A stretch of DNA of 64,000 bases from Ilumatobacteraceae bacterium. GTDB taxonomy: Bacteria > Actinomycetota > Acidimicrobiia > Acidimicrobiales > Ilumatobacteraceae. The notes under the pieces were generated by a model. It ran no database searches, was not told where the DNA came from, and saw only the letters and a program-made list of their open reading frames with translations. The first letter of the stretch is position 1, and each line of letters starts with the position of its first letter. A program made the position numbers and the translations under genes. Where the stretch lies: NCBI GenBank assembly GCA_044345725.1, contig JBIJAO010000001.1, forward strand, positions 57,559 to 121,558, in the 5' to 3' direction. Shown here one piece after another: positions 25,524 through 34,135 of this stretch.

Positions 25524-27431
25524 CTAGACCGAGGGTGTGGAGATCTGGAAAGAGCCACCAGCGCGGATTTGCGACGCGTACACACCGTCCAAAGCCAATA
25601 ATTCCTCGTGAGTTCCTTGTTCCACGATGCGTCCGCCGTCAATCACCACAATGCGATCTGCGTCGCGAATGGTGGACAAACGGTGAGCAATCACGATCGC
25701 TGTACGTCCGCGCAGTGCCTCATCAAGTGCTGCCTGGACAAGCATTTCATTTTCATTGTCAAGGTGGCTCGTTGCCTCATCCAAGATCATCACTGCCGGA
25801 TTCTTCAGCAATAGACGAGCAATGGCGACGCGTTGTTTCTCGCCACCAGATAGTCGATAGCCACGTTCGCCAACAACAGTCTTGTAACCGTCTGGCAGTG
25901 CGGCGATTGTGTCGTGAATACGCGCAGCGCGACATGCTTCAATCACTTCTGCGTCAGTTGCAGTTGGCCGTGCATAACGAAGATTTTCAATGATTGATTC
26001 ATGAAACAGATGAGGATCTTGTGACACAACACCAATCGCATCGCGAAGGGAATCACCAGTGAGATCGCGAACATCATGGCCATCGATACGTACTGCGCCC
26101 GCGGTGACGTCGTACAACCGAGGAACTAACGATGCCATTGTGGTTTTGCCCGAACCACTGGCGCCCACGAGCGCAATTGTCTCACCCGCACTGACAGACA
26201 GTGACACATCACGAAGGACATCCACATCGGGGTCTGATCCTTGCAACACGCCTTCGCTTTCAAGTGACGCGATAGACACGCTCGCAGCTGGCGGATAACG
26301 GAAGGTGACGTGATCAAACTGCACCTGACCACGTGGCTCCACTAAGTCGAACGCACCGGGCTTGTCATGAATAGCAACTGGTGCATCAAGCACTTCAAAT
26401 ACTCGCTCAAAACTCACAAAAGCAGTGACCACTTCAACGCGGGCATTAGTGAGTCCGGTGAGCGGTTGGTAAATGCGCTGCACAAGTGCGGCCATCGCAA
26501 CAAGTGTTCCACTACTGATATCTCCCCACACCACCATGTAGGCACCAACACCATAAATTGCGGCGGCACCGAGTGCGCCCACTAATCCGAGTGCCACAAA
26601 AAACACGCGGCTGTACAACGCACTTTTTATGCCCGCATCTCGAACACCTTTTGCGCGTCCACCAAACGTCTCTACTTCGCGCTGACGTTTGCCAAACAAC
26701 TTCACCAAGATCGCACCAGAGACGTTGAAACGCTCGGTCATCTGCGTATTCATTTCCGCATTTAGTTCCATCTGATGACGGGTGATCTCACCGAGCTTTT
26801 TACCCACTCGTTTTGATGGAGCAATAAATAATGGCAACACAATGAGCGACAACAACGTGAGGCGCCACTCAAGAACCACCATTGCGGCAAGAGTGGTGAT
26901 GAGAACAATGATGTTAGAAACAACACTTCCTAAGGTGGTGGTCACAGCGGTTTGTGCACCAATAACATCATTGTTCAAACGACTAACAAGAGCACCCGTT
27001 TGCGTGCGTGTGAAGAAAGCCACGGGCATTTGCTGCACCTTGTCAAACAAAGCAACTCGCAGGTCGTAAATAAGGCCTTCACCAATGTTTGCGCTTAACC
27101 ACCGCTGCACAATGGCCAACGTGGCGTCGCCGAGTGCTGCGAACACCAGCACAATCGCTAAGACAGTGATTTGGCCTTTATCTCCAGCGGGAATAGCCGT
27201 GTCGAGGATGGAGCGAAAGAGAAATGGGGGCGCAAGTGCAAGAAGTGCTGCAATCAGAATTGCTGTAAGAAACCCGTAGATCTTGAAGCGATACGGGTAG
27301 GCAAAATCACGAACGCGACGCAGCAAATGTCGCTGTAATTTTGCGCCACGGACAGCCGAAGCATCTCCTGGCAACATCATGTGGGGGCCCATGCGCACGG
27401 ATTGCAGGCTACGGCGATTTTCCTCACTCAC
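25524..27431 (-). CDS. ABC exporter, fused permease/ATPase (MsbA/multidrug type)
   Basis: Six-TM domain, Walker A GASGSGKTT, signature LSGGEKQR and Walker B ILDEATS. An internal start (e.g. MGPHMM) is possible. Confidence 0.85.
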   Translation of the reverse strand: MSEENRRSLQSVRMGPHMMLPGDASAVRGAKLQRHLLRRVRDFAYPYRFKIYGFLTAILIAALLALAPPFLFRSILDTAIPAGDKGQITVLAIVLVFAALGDATLAIVQRWLSANIGEGLIYDLRVALFDKVQQMPVAFFTRTQTGALVSRLNNDVIGAQTAVTTTLGSVVSNIIVLITTLAAMVVLEWRLTLLSLIVLPLFIAPSKRVGKKLGEITRHQMELNAEMNTQMTERFNVSGAILVKLFGKRQREVETFGGRAKGVRDAGIKSALYSRVFFVALGLVGALGAAAIYGVGAYMVVWGDISSGTLVAMAALVQRIYQPLTGLTNARVEVVTAFVSFERVFEVLDAPVAIHDKPGAFDLVEPRGQVQFDHVTFRYPPAASVSIASLESEGVLQGSDPDVDVLRDVSLSVSAGETIALVGASGSGKTTMASLVPRLYDVTAGAVRIDGHDVRDLTGDSLRDAIGVVSQDPHLFHESIIENLRYARPTATDAEVIEACRAARIHDTIAALPDGYKTVVGERGYRLSGGEKQRVAIARLLLKNPAVMILDEATSHLDNENEMLVQAALDEALRGRTAIVIAHRLSTIRDADRIVVIDGGRIVEQGTHEELLALDGVYASQIRAGGSFQISTPSV

Positions 27432-27448
27432 CCCCTAGTGTGAACGTA

Positions 27449-28954
27449 ATGCGTCGACAACTTGTTGCATTTTGTGTTGCGATTCCCATTCTCATTAGTT
27501 CGTGTTCGTCGAACTCTGCGAGCGACATCAATGTGTCCACCACGACACCTTCGTCTGACACATCTGCGCCAGTCACGACCGTGTTTCCTCCCGCTGTGGG
27601 CGGATCCATTACTTGGGAAAAATGCGGTGACGTAGAGTGCGGAACACTCACCGTGCCCTTTGACTACGACAATGAATCGCTTGGGTCATTTACGCTCAAC
27701 CTTCAGAGGCGTGTAGCAAGCACGCCCAAGAAACGTGTTGGCTCTCTACTTGTGAACCCTGGTGGCCCCGGTTTTGGAGGAGCAACACTGGCTCGTAACG
27801 CTGATTTTTATTTTTCTGAAGACCTCACAGACGTGTTTGACATCATCGGTTGGGACCCACGTGGTACGGGTAACTCAACACCGGCGGTGGATTGCATTGA
27901 CGACTACGACCCATATTTTGCGTTTGATCCGTCTCCCGACACACCAGAAGAACAACAAGCGATTGAAGATTCTGGACAAGCATTTGTCGACGAATGCGTC
28001 GCACGTAACGCAAGTATCTTGCCGTACATCTCTACCGTGTCATCTGCACGAGATATGGATCGCATTCGTGCGGCTCTCGGCGAACAAACCATTTCGTATT
28101 TTGGTTTCTCCTACGGAAGTGAACTGGGCGCCACATGGACCAGCATGTTCCCCACCACAGTGCGTGCAGCAGTACTCGATGGCGCAACGGATCCGAATGC
28201 TGAATATGTGGAAGATGGTCTGCAGCAGGCAGCTGGGTTTGAACAACAGCTTTCAGCTTTTCTCGCTGATTGCAGCAAACGTGCAAAGTGTGATTTTCAC
28301 AACGGCGGCAAAGCTGAAGCAGCATTTGATGCCCTCATGATTGAACTTGATCGCGCACCGTTGGTGGTGCGCAGTTCACGACCGGCTGTGAACCAAGGCG
28401 TTGCACTCATCGCTGCGAGCTATTCAATGTATTCAGAATCATCGTGGGAAAACCTTGCAACGGCATTATCTGAAGCACAAGATGGAAATGGAACAGAGTT
28501 GCTCGCGCTATACGACCAGTACTACCAGCGCAATTCGGATGGCACGTTTGGTGATGAACTGGAAGCCTTTTACGCCATTTCGTGTATTGATGATCCAGGA
28601 CCAAAATCAATTAGTGAAGTCGATTCGTATCGACCACAGTTTCAAAGCGTTGCTCCGCGACTGGGAGATTCTTTTGCGGCCGGTTACGTCTGTGCTTTTT
28701 GGCCGTCATACGAGACAACTGTGGTGCCGATTACCGGACAAGGTGCTGGCCCAATAGTTGTGGTTGGCACCACTGGTGATGCTGCAACGCCCCTTGAATC
28801 AAGTCGCGCAATGGCCACATCTCTCGAACAAGGTGTGTTTGTAACAGTGACAGCAGAACGCCACACCGGCTATGGCGTGAATGAATGCGTGGTGAGTGCG
28901 GTGGATGACTTTCTCATCACACGCACAGTTCCCCCGCGCGATCTCGTTTGCTGA
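27449..28954 (+). CDS. Secreted alpha/beta-hydrolase, tripeptidyl aminopeptidase (S33) -like lipoprotein
   Basis: Start taken at MRRQLVAFCVAIPILISSCSS (lipobox). LLVNPGGPGFGG and nucleophile FGFSYGSELG. Confidence 0.8.
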   Translation: MRRQLVAFCVAIPILISSCSSNSASDINVSTTTPSSDTSAPVTTVFPPAVGGSITWEKCGDVECGTLTVPFDYDNESLGSFTLNLQRRVASTPKKRVGSLLVNPGGPGFGGATLARNADFYFSEDLTDVFDIIGWDPRGTGNSTPAVDCIDDYDPYFAFDPSPDTPEEQQAIEDSGQAFVDECVARNASILPYISTVSSARDMDRIRAALGEQTISYFGFSYGSELGATWTSMFPTTVRAAVLDGATDPNAEYVEDGLQQAAGFEQQLSAFLADCSKRAKCDFHNGGKAEAAFDALMIELDRAPLVVRSSRPAVNQGVALIAASYSMYSESSWENLATALSEAQDGNGTELLALYDQYYQRNSDGTFGDELEAFYAISCIDDPGPKSISEVDSYRPQFQSVAPRLGDSFAAGYVCAFWPSYETTVVPITGQGAGPIVVVGTTGDAATPLESSRAMATSLEQGVFVTVTAERHTGYGVNECVVSAVDDFLITRTVPPRDLVC

Positions 28955-29113
28955 GACCACACGGGAGCACCTTCAATACAAGAATTACTGGCTATTGATC
29001 ACTTACTTTGACCTAGACGGAATCGCCCGGTAGTCGTAGGTTTCTTTGTTGGTCTTCCAGTCGATAGTGACTTTTTCTTGCCGGATTCCAAATTCACCTT
29101 AAAAGTGCGCGTA

Positions 29114-29203
29114 ATGGCGGAAGGGGTGGGATTTGAACCCACGGTGGGCACAAACCCACAACGGTTTTCGAGACCGTCCCATTCGGCCGCTCTGGCACCC
29201 TTC
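29114..29203 (-). tRNA. tRNA-Ser (anticodon CGA), CCA encoded
   Basis: The reverse complement reads GGAAGGGTGCCAGAGCGGCCGAATGGGACGGTCTCGAAAACCGTTGTGGGTTTGTGCCCACCGTGGGTTCAAATCCCACCCCTTCCGCCA. It has a long variable arm and anticodon loop CTCGAAA. Confidence 0.9.
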
Positions 29204-29235
29204 CGTCTGGCGAGGCTATCGGGTGTTCATTTGAC

Positions 29236-29907
29236 TCAGACGCTGTCAGTGAGTCGATCAAGTTGTGCTGGCGTACCAGCAATGAGAATAAGTTCGCCAG
29301 GTTCTAGAACAGTGTTTGCATCGGTATGACGAAACACGCCTCCTGGTGGTTTCACACTCACAATGGTGATGCCATATTCATTACGAATTCCTGATTGTCC
29401 AAGTGGTTTACCCAAGAACGACTCGGGAGCTTCCATTTCAACAAGTGCAAAGTCTTCTTCGATGCGAATGTAGTCGGTAACGCCTTGTGCCAAACCTTGT
29501 GCGGTACGCACTCCCATTTCATGTTCTGGTTGAATCACTCGATCTGTTCCCATGCGTTCAAGAATTTTCGCGTGTTCTTTTGAAATCGCTTTGGTCCACA
29601 CTTGTGGAATTTTGAGATCATCTTTCAACGCAAGCGTTGCCAGTACAGATGATTCAATGTTTGTTGCAATAGCAACAACTGCGCGTTCAAACTGCTCGGC
29701 TCCCACTTGCCGAAGTGCACGACTGGATGTTGCGTCAGCTTGGACAATGTTGGGAATGTCGGCTGACAAACGCTGAACAATTTCGGGATCAAAGTCGACT
29801 GCAAGCACATCAATACCTTGTTCGCATAACGTGCGCGCCACCGCTTCACCGAATCGTCCCAGCCCGATGACCAGCACTCCGCGATGTGGATCTTTTCTGT
29901 CACTCAT
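29236..29907 (-). CDS. trkA: TrkA/KtrA-family K+ uptake regulatory (RCK) protein
   Basis: VLVIGLGRFGEAVA Rossmann motif plus a TrkA-C domain. Confidence 0.9.
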   Translation of the reverse strand: MSDRKDPHRGVLVIGLGRFGEAVARTLCEQGIDVLAVDFDPEIVQRLSADIPNIVQADATSSRALRQVGAEQFERAVVAIATNIESSVLATLALKDDLKIPQVWTKAISKEHAKILERMGTDRVIQPEHEMGVRTAQGLAQGVTDYIRIEEDFALVEMEAPESFLGKPLGQSGIRNEYGITIVSVKPPGGVFRHTDANTVLEPGELILIAGTPAQLDRLTDSV

Positions 29908-29945
29908 GATTTTTCCTTGTGGCCATTTTCATTACGTCGCCAGTG

Positions 29946-31304
29946 TTAACCGATTAATGGCCGGTCTTCAGGGTAACGGAACAAGTTGGGTTGCGTTCGC
30001 AGTGCTAACGCGGCAGCCAATGTGATTGGTCCCAAACGGCCAACGTACATAAGGACAACAAGAATGAGTTCTGAAAGAGTGTTATCACTACTACTCACCC
30101 CAACTGACAATCCAACCGTACTCAAAGCAGAAATAGCCTCGAAGGCGCTATTCACTAGCCCATAATTGCCGGCGACAGATAACGCAAGCGTGGAGATCGC
30201 AACCGTTCCTACACCCGCAAGTGCAACCGTCACTGCCTGTCGTACAACCGTGGAAGGTACTCGACGTTTGAACACGGCGACATCGCTATCTCCACGAACC
30301 TCTGCCCACATCACGTATGCCAACAATGCAAACGTCGCAACTTTCACACCACCCGCAGTAGACGCGCTACCGCCACCGATGAACATCAATGCAAGTGTGA
30401 CAAGAGTTGATTCTTCTGTTAACGCGGTTGTGTCAACCGAATTAAATCCAGCGGTACGTGGTTGAACACTTTGAAAAAATGCTGCGTTTGCTTTATCAAC
30501 AACCGACAGCGAGCCAAACGTTTTCGCATTTGTCCATTCGAAAATGAAATAACCAAAAAAGCCAATGATGAGTAATACCACGGTTGCAAGAACCGTGAGT
30601 CGCATGTGTAGTGACCATCGGTTATACCGAAAACGATGTTGCCAAAAACCTCGTAACACCGGAAATCCGATGCCACCCAAAATCACGGCGATGGAAATTG
30701 TGATGCTGATGATGGGATCAGATACAAAGCGAATCATGTTGTCGCTGTACAACGCAAAGCCTGCGTTGTTCCACGCAGAGATTGCGTGAAACACGCCGTG
30801 ATAGAGCCCGGTATCAAACGGCATGTCGTACGCAGTCCAGAAACGCAACGACAGCACCAGGGCAATAACTGCTTCACATGCCAAGGTCACTCCGATGATG
30901 ATTCGCACGAGTCCGCGCACACCGGCCAAAGAATCGGCACCCGTTTCTGCAGCGAGGGTCTTCATATGAAAAATTCCGAGCCGATCCGACAGCAACATAA
31001 ATGCCAAAGTCGCCAACGTCACGATGCCGAGGCCACCAAGCTGGATGAGCAACACAATGATGAATTGTCCAAAGCCAGACCAATACGTGGTGGTATCGAC
31101 AACGGTGAGACCCGTTACACACACGGCGCTTGTTGATGTAAAAAGCGCCGTGACGACACTAAATGGCGAGTCGTCGGCACGAGAGATGGGCAAGCTCAAA
31201 ACGCACGCCCCCGCAACAATCAGACCGGCGAATACAAAAAGAAGTAGCCGCAACGGATTGGCGAGGGGTGAAGACGATTTCAGTCGGGCGATGAGGCTGC
31301 TCAT
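29946..31304 (-). CDS. trkH: TrkH/KtrB-family K+ transporter membrane subunit
   Basis: Polytopic membrane protein with repeated pore-loop motifs (SAVCVTGL, NNAGF, RTAGFNS, STVGLS). Confidence 0.9.
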   Translation of the reverse strand: MSSLIARLKSSSPLANPLRLLLFVFAGLIVAGACVLSLPISRADDSPFSVVTALFTSTSAVCVTGLTVVDTTTYWSGFGQFIIVLLIQLGGLGIVTLATLAFMLLSDRLGIFHMKTLAAETGADSLAGVRGLVRIIIGVTLACEAVIALVLSLRFWTAYDMPFDTGLYHGVFHAISAWNNAGFALYSDNMIRFVSDPIISITISIAVILGGIGFPVLRGFWQHRFRYNRWSLHMRLTVLATVVLLIIGFFGYFIFEWTNAKTFGSLSVVDKANAAFFQSVQPRTAGFNSVDTTALTEESTLVTLALMFIGGGSASTAGGVKVATFALLAYVMWAEVRGDSDVAVFKRRVPSTVVRQAVTVALAGVGTVAISTLALSVAGNYGLVNSAFEAISALSTVGLSVGVSSSDNTLSELILVVLMYVGRLGPITLAAALALRTQPNLFRYPEDRPLIG

Positions 31305-31419
31305 GCGGTTTTCAGTCTCTCATGTAGGGGAATACAGGACCCACCTGTATGGTTACATTAGTTGCGATCGCAAGTAATTCTCGAAATACTCACCCTCGCA
31401 CTACGAACAAGGAGACACC

Positions 31420-32388
31420 ATGCCAGCAGTACACGCAGATCCCCTCACACTTCCCCGCCTTGGACCCACCCCAGTTGAGGCTCGGGACCGTGCGGTGCGC
31501 TCGGTCACCACTGCCCCTGAGGGATTCGAAGGCGAAGGCTTTCCCGTGCGTCGAGCATTTGCTGGCATCAGCCACGCAGACCTCGACCCATTTATTCACA
31601 TGGACCAGATGGGCGAAGTGAACTACGCCCCGTACGAACCGCGCGGCACCGACTGGCACCCACACCGTGGTTTTGAAACCGTCACCTACATCATGGATGG
31701 CACATTCATCCACCAAGACAGTCACGGTGGCGGTGGCACTATTAGTAATGGTGCAACGCAGTGGATGACAGCAGGATCTGGAATCTTGCACATCGAAACA
31801 CCACCAGAAGAGCTGGTGATTTCCGGAGGACTGTTTCACGGCATTCAGCTATGGGTGAACTTGCCTGCAAAAGACAAAATGCTTGCACCCGCATATCAAA
31901 GTCTTGAAGCAGAACATGTGCGCCTTTTCTCATCACAAGATGGTGCAACTCTTGTTCGCCTCATCGCCGGTGATGTCGGTGAATTCCACGGACCAGCGTC
32001 AACACACACACCCATTTCAATGGCACATGCGTCAATTCCTGCTGGCGCACAGATCGTGTTGCCATGGAACCCGCACTTCAACGCACTTGTGTACGTATTA
32101 GATGGGCACGGAACTATCGGCGCAGAACGTCGACCAATTGGCACTGGTCAACTTGCGGTTATGGGACAAGGCGACGTCATCACTCTCGAAAGTGTTGGTG
32201 GAAATAGTGAATCCACATCCACTTTCGAAGTACTGATTCTTGGTGGTCAACCTATTCGTGAACCAGTGGCTGTGTATGGGCCATTTGTCATGAACACACG
32301 GGAAGAACTCATTCAAGCGTTTGAAGATTTTCAATCTGGCCGACTTGGTCGCGTTCCAGACGACGGCATCCGTCCATTTCGTGGATAA
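31420..32388 (+). CDS. Pirin-family protein
   Basis: HPHRGFETVTYIMDG, QWMTAGSGILHIE and a bicupin layout. Confidence 0.9.
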   Translation: MPAVHADPLTLPRLGPTPVEARDRAVRSVTTAPEGFEGEGFPVRRAFAGISHADLDPFIHMDQMGEVNYAPYEPRGTDWHPHRGFETVTYIMDGTFIHQDSHGGGGTISNGATQWMTAGSGILHIETPPEELVISGGLFHGIQLWVNLPAKDKMLAPAYQSLEAEHVRLFSSQDGATLVRLIAGDVGEFHGPASTHTPISMAHASIPAGAQIVLPWNPHFNALVYVLDGHGTIGAERRPIGTGQLAVMGQGDVITLESVGGNSESTSTFEVLILGGQPIREPVAVYGPFVMNTREELIQAFEDFQSGRLGRVPDDGIRPFRG

Positions 32389-32391
32389 TGA

Positions 32392-32862
32392 CTATCGGCG
32401 TTCGGCAAAGAAGTCTTGCAGCAATTGCGCGGATTCGTCCGCCAACACACCGTGTATCACTGTGAAGTTATGAGACAACCGCGGATCACAACTGACGTTG
32501 TACAACGTAGATGTTGCACCGCCTTTGGGATCAGCGGCGCCGAACACCAGCGTGCTGATCCGCGAATTCAGCAATGCTCCCGCGCACATCACACATGGTT
32601 CGAGGGTGACAACGAGAGTGCAATCGTCTAGTCGCCAGCGCCCAAGAGTTCCTGCTGCATCTCGTAATGCAAGGACTTCGGCATGAGCTGTTGGGTCGGC
32701 TGTTGCTTCTCGTTCATTGTGACGACTCGCAATCACTGTGCCGTCACACACCACAACCGCACCAACGGGGACGTCGCCCGATTCCATGGCCCTAACCGCC
32801 TCGTTGAGGGCAAGGCGCATCCACTCTTTATGTAGTGCCGAATTATCGTGACCAGAGGTCAT
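32392..32862 (-). CDS. tadA: tRNA-specific adenosine deaminase
   Basis: HKEWMRLALNEA, VPVGAVVV, HAEVLALR (H-A-E) and LEPCVMCAGAL (PC-x2-C). The upstream part of the ORF-track call (to 32943) is the tRNA gene. Confidence 0.85.
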   Translation of the reverse strand: MTSGHDNSALHKEWMRLALNEAVRAMESGDVPVGAVVVCDGTVIASRHNEREATADPTAHAEVLALRDAAGTLGRWRLDDCTLVVTLEPCVMCAGALLNSRISTLVFGAADPKGGATSTLYNVSCDPRLSHNFTVIHGVLADESAQLLQDFFAERR

Positions 32863-32949
32863 GGCGGAAGGGGTGGGATTCGAACCCACGGAAGCTTTCA
32901 CTTCACACGCTTTCCAAGCGTGCCGATTCGGCCGCTCTCGCACCCTTCC
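32862..32949 (-). tRNA. tRNA-Ser (anticodon GGA), CCA encoded
   Basis: The reverse complement reads GGAAGGGTGCGAGAGCGGCCGAATCGGCACGCTTGGAAAGCGTGTGAAGTGAAAGCTTCCGTGGGTTCGAATCCCACCCCTTCCGCCA. Anticodon loop is TTGGAAA. Confidence 0.9.
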
Positions 32950-33023
32950 AAAGTGCTGTTACGCAGAAGAGGCAGGCTACCTCGTTGGTATGGTGAAAGC
33001 CTCTCCGGTTACAGATCGTGAGC

Positions 33024-33141
33024 GGTGAGGTGCCGGTCGGGTCCTGTGCGACGATCGCCCGTGAAACAGGTCAGGGTCGGAAGACAGCAGCCTTCAGCGG
33101 TCACGATTGTGTGCCGCAGATCGCCTGGCCGTCACCTCACT
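33024..33141 (+). ncRNA. ffs: Small bacterial SRP RNA (4.5S/ffs); ends approximate
   Basis: Domain IV core CAGGTCAGGGTC-GGAA-GACAGCAGCC matches E. coli CAGGUCAGGUCC-GGAA-GGAAGCAGCC. The terminal helix GTGAGGTG (33025-33032) pairs with CACCTCAC (33133-33140). Confidence 0.75.
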
Positions 33142-33165
33142 GCTTATGACACGAACCGCGTGACA

Positions 33166-34059
33166 CTAATTCACACGCGACGCGATCTCATCGGCTCGAT
33201 CAACAAGACGTGCGTTGCCTACGTCTTTTGCAATGGATGCGAGTGCCGATGTTGGACCCTGCCACTTCCACTCTTCCACGGAACCAATACGTACATCGTC
33301 TGATACATCAGTAATCAAAGTTGCCAACTTTTTAAACAACAACGCATCGTCGTAGTTGTCGGCCAGTGTTGACGCCAATTTGGCAGCACCACGAACCGTG
33401 ACCGAATCGTTTGCCCATGCAGATGCATCGAGTGGAATGTCCTCAATGTGTTTATACACCGACAACACAGCTGATGCAGACTTTGCGCCCCAACCTTGTA
33501 ATCCGGGGAAACCGTCGGCCGAGTCACCTACTAAACCAAGCCAATCAGCAATGCTCGCTGGAGACACCGAATACTTTTCGCACACCGCATCTTCATTGAT
33601 GATCAATTCATTACGGCGATCAAACTGCACCACACGATTTCCACGAACACATTGTCCGAGATCTTTATCTGGCGTGAGTATTTGCACTTGCTGCACATCA
33701 TTGTGTTGATCTGCAAGAGCAGCTCCGGCTGCAAGTGCATCATCGGCCTCGTACTTCACCATCGGCCACACAGCAACACCAAGTGCCACAAGTGCTTCTT
33801 CTAAAAACGGAAGTTGCTCAAACAACACTGGCTCCATGCCAGTGGAGTCTTTGTATCCGTCCCACAAGTCATTGCGGAAACTCTCAATGACTTTGTCGAT
33901 TGATACCGCAACATGCGTGGCACCATTTGCGAGTAACTGCAATGTGGAATTCAATACGCCGCCTGTTGCAGCCATTGGAGATGGCGTGCTGTGTCGTGCA
34001 ACTTGACCAAAGTGCTGTCGATACAACTCATACGTACCGTCAATGAGATGAACAATCAT
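33166..34059 (-). CDS. 5'-3' exonuclease (Pol I N-terminal/FEN-like, stand-alone)
   Basis: MIVHLIDGTYELYR, YEADDALAA, ILTPDKDLGQ and an H3TH region DSADGFPGLQGWGAKSA. Confidence 0.85.
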   Translation of the reverse strand: MIVHLIDGTYELYRQHFGQVARHSTPSPMAATGGVLNSTLQLLANGATHVAVSIDKVIESFRNDLWDGYKDSTGMEPVLFEQLPFLEEALVALGVAVWPMVKYEADDALAAGAALADQHNDVQQVQILTPDKDLGQCVRGNRVVQFDRRNELIINEDAVCEKYSVSPASIADWLGLVGDSADGFPGLQGWGAKSASAVLSVYKHIEDIPLDASAWANDSVTVRGAAKLASTLADNYDDALLFKKLATLITDVSDDVRIGSVEEWKWQGPTSALASIAKDVGNARLVDRADEIASRVN

Positions 34060-34135
34060 TACAACACTTCTTATCGCAAAAATACTTATCTACGACAACT
34101 CAGCAATTTCACGGAACTGAGTTTCCCGTGCATCC

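Noticed and set aside
28955-29113. Integrated element, att duplication or integrase remnant next to the 3' ends of the tRNA-Ser genes. This includes a start-less frame reading EKVTIDWKTNKETYDYRAIPSRSK.
   Set aside because: No integrase, excisionase or direct repeat of the tRNA 3' end was seen. The short frame has no start codon or SD. The evidence is insufficient for a remnant call.
29078-29329. ORF-track calls crossing tRNA-Ser(CGA) (29078-29329 + and 29094-29282 -).
   Set aside because: They are explained by the tRNA gene and the 3' end of trkA, and their translations have no protein-like features.
31305-31419. c-di-AMP (ydaO/kimA-type) riboswitch or other leader upstream of trkH.
   Set aside because: Only 115 nt are shared with the divergent pirin gene. 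This is too short, and it lacks the pseudo-symmetric conserved motifs. Only a small ACAGG-tgggt-CCTGT hairpin is present.
32863-32943. Longer TadA N-terminus given by the ORF track (MRERPNRHAWKACEVKASVGSNPTPSA...).
   Set aside because: That stretch is the tRNA-Ser(GGA) gene read as protein. The conserved TadA sequence starts at the Met at 32862.
33025-33303. 92-aa + strand ORF in the tadA/exonuclease gap.
   Set aside because: It overlaps the SRP RNA and the 3' part of the 5'-3' exonuclease gene. It is Arg/Cys-rich with no motif.
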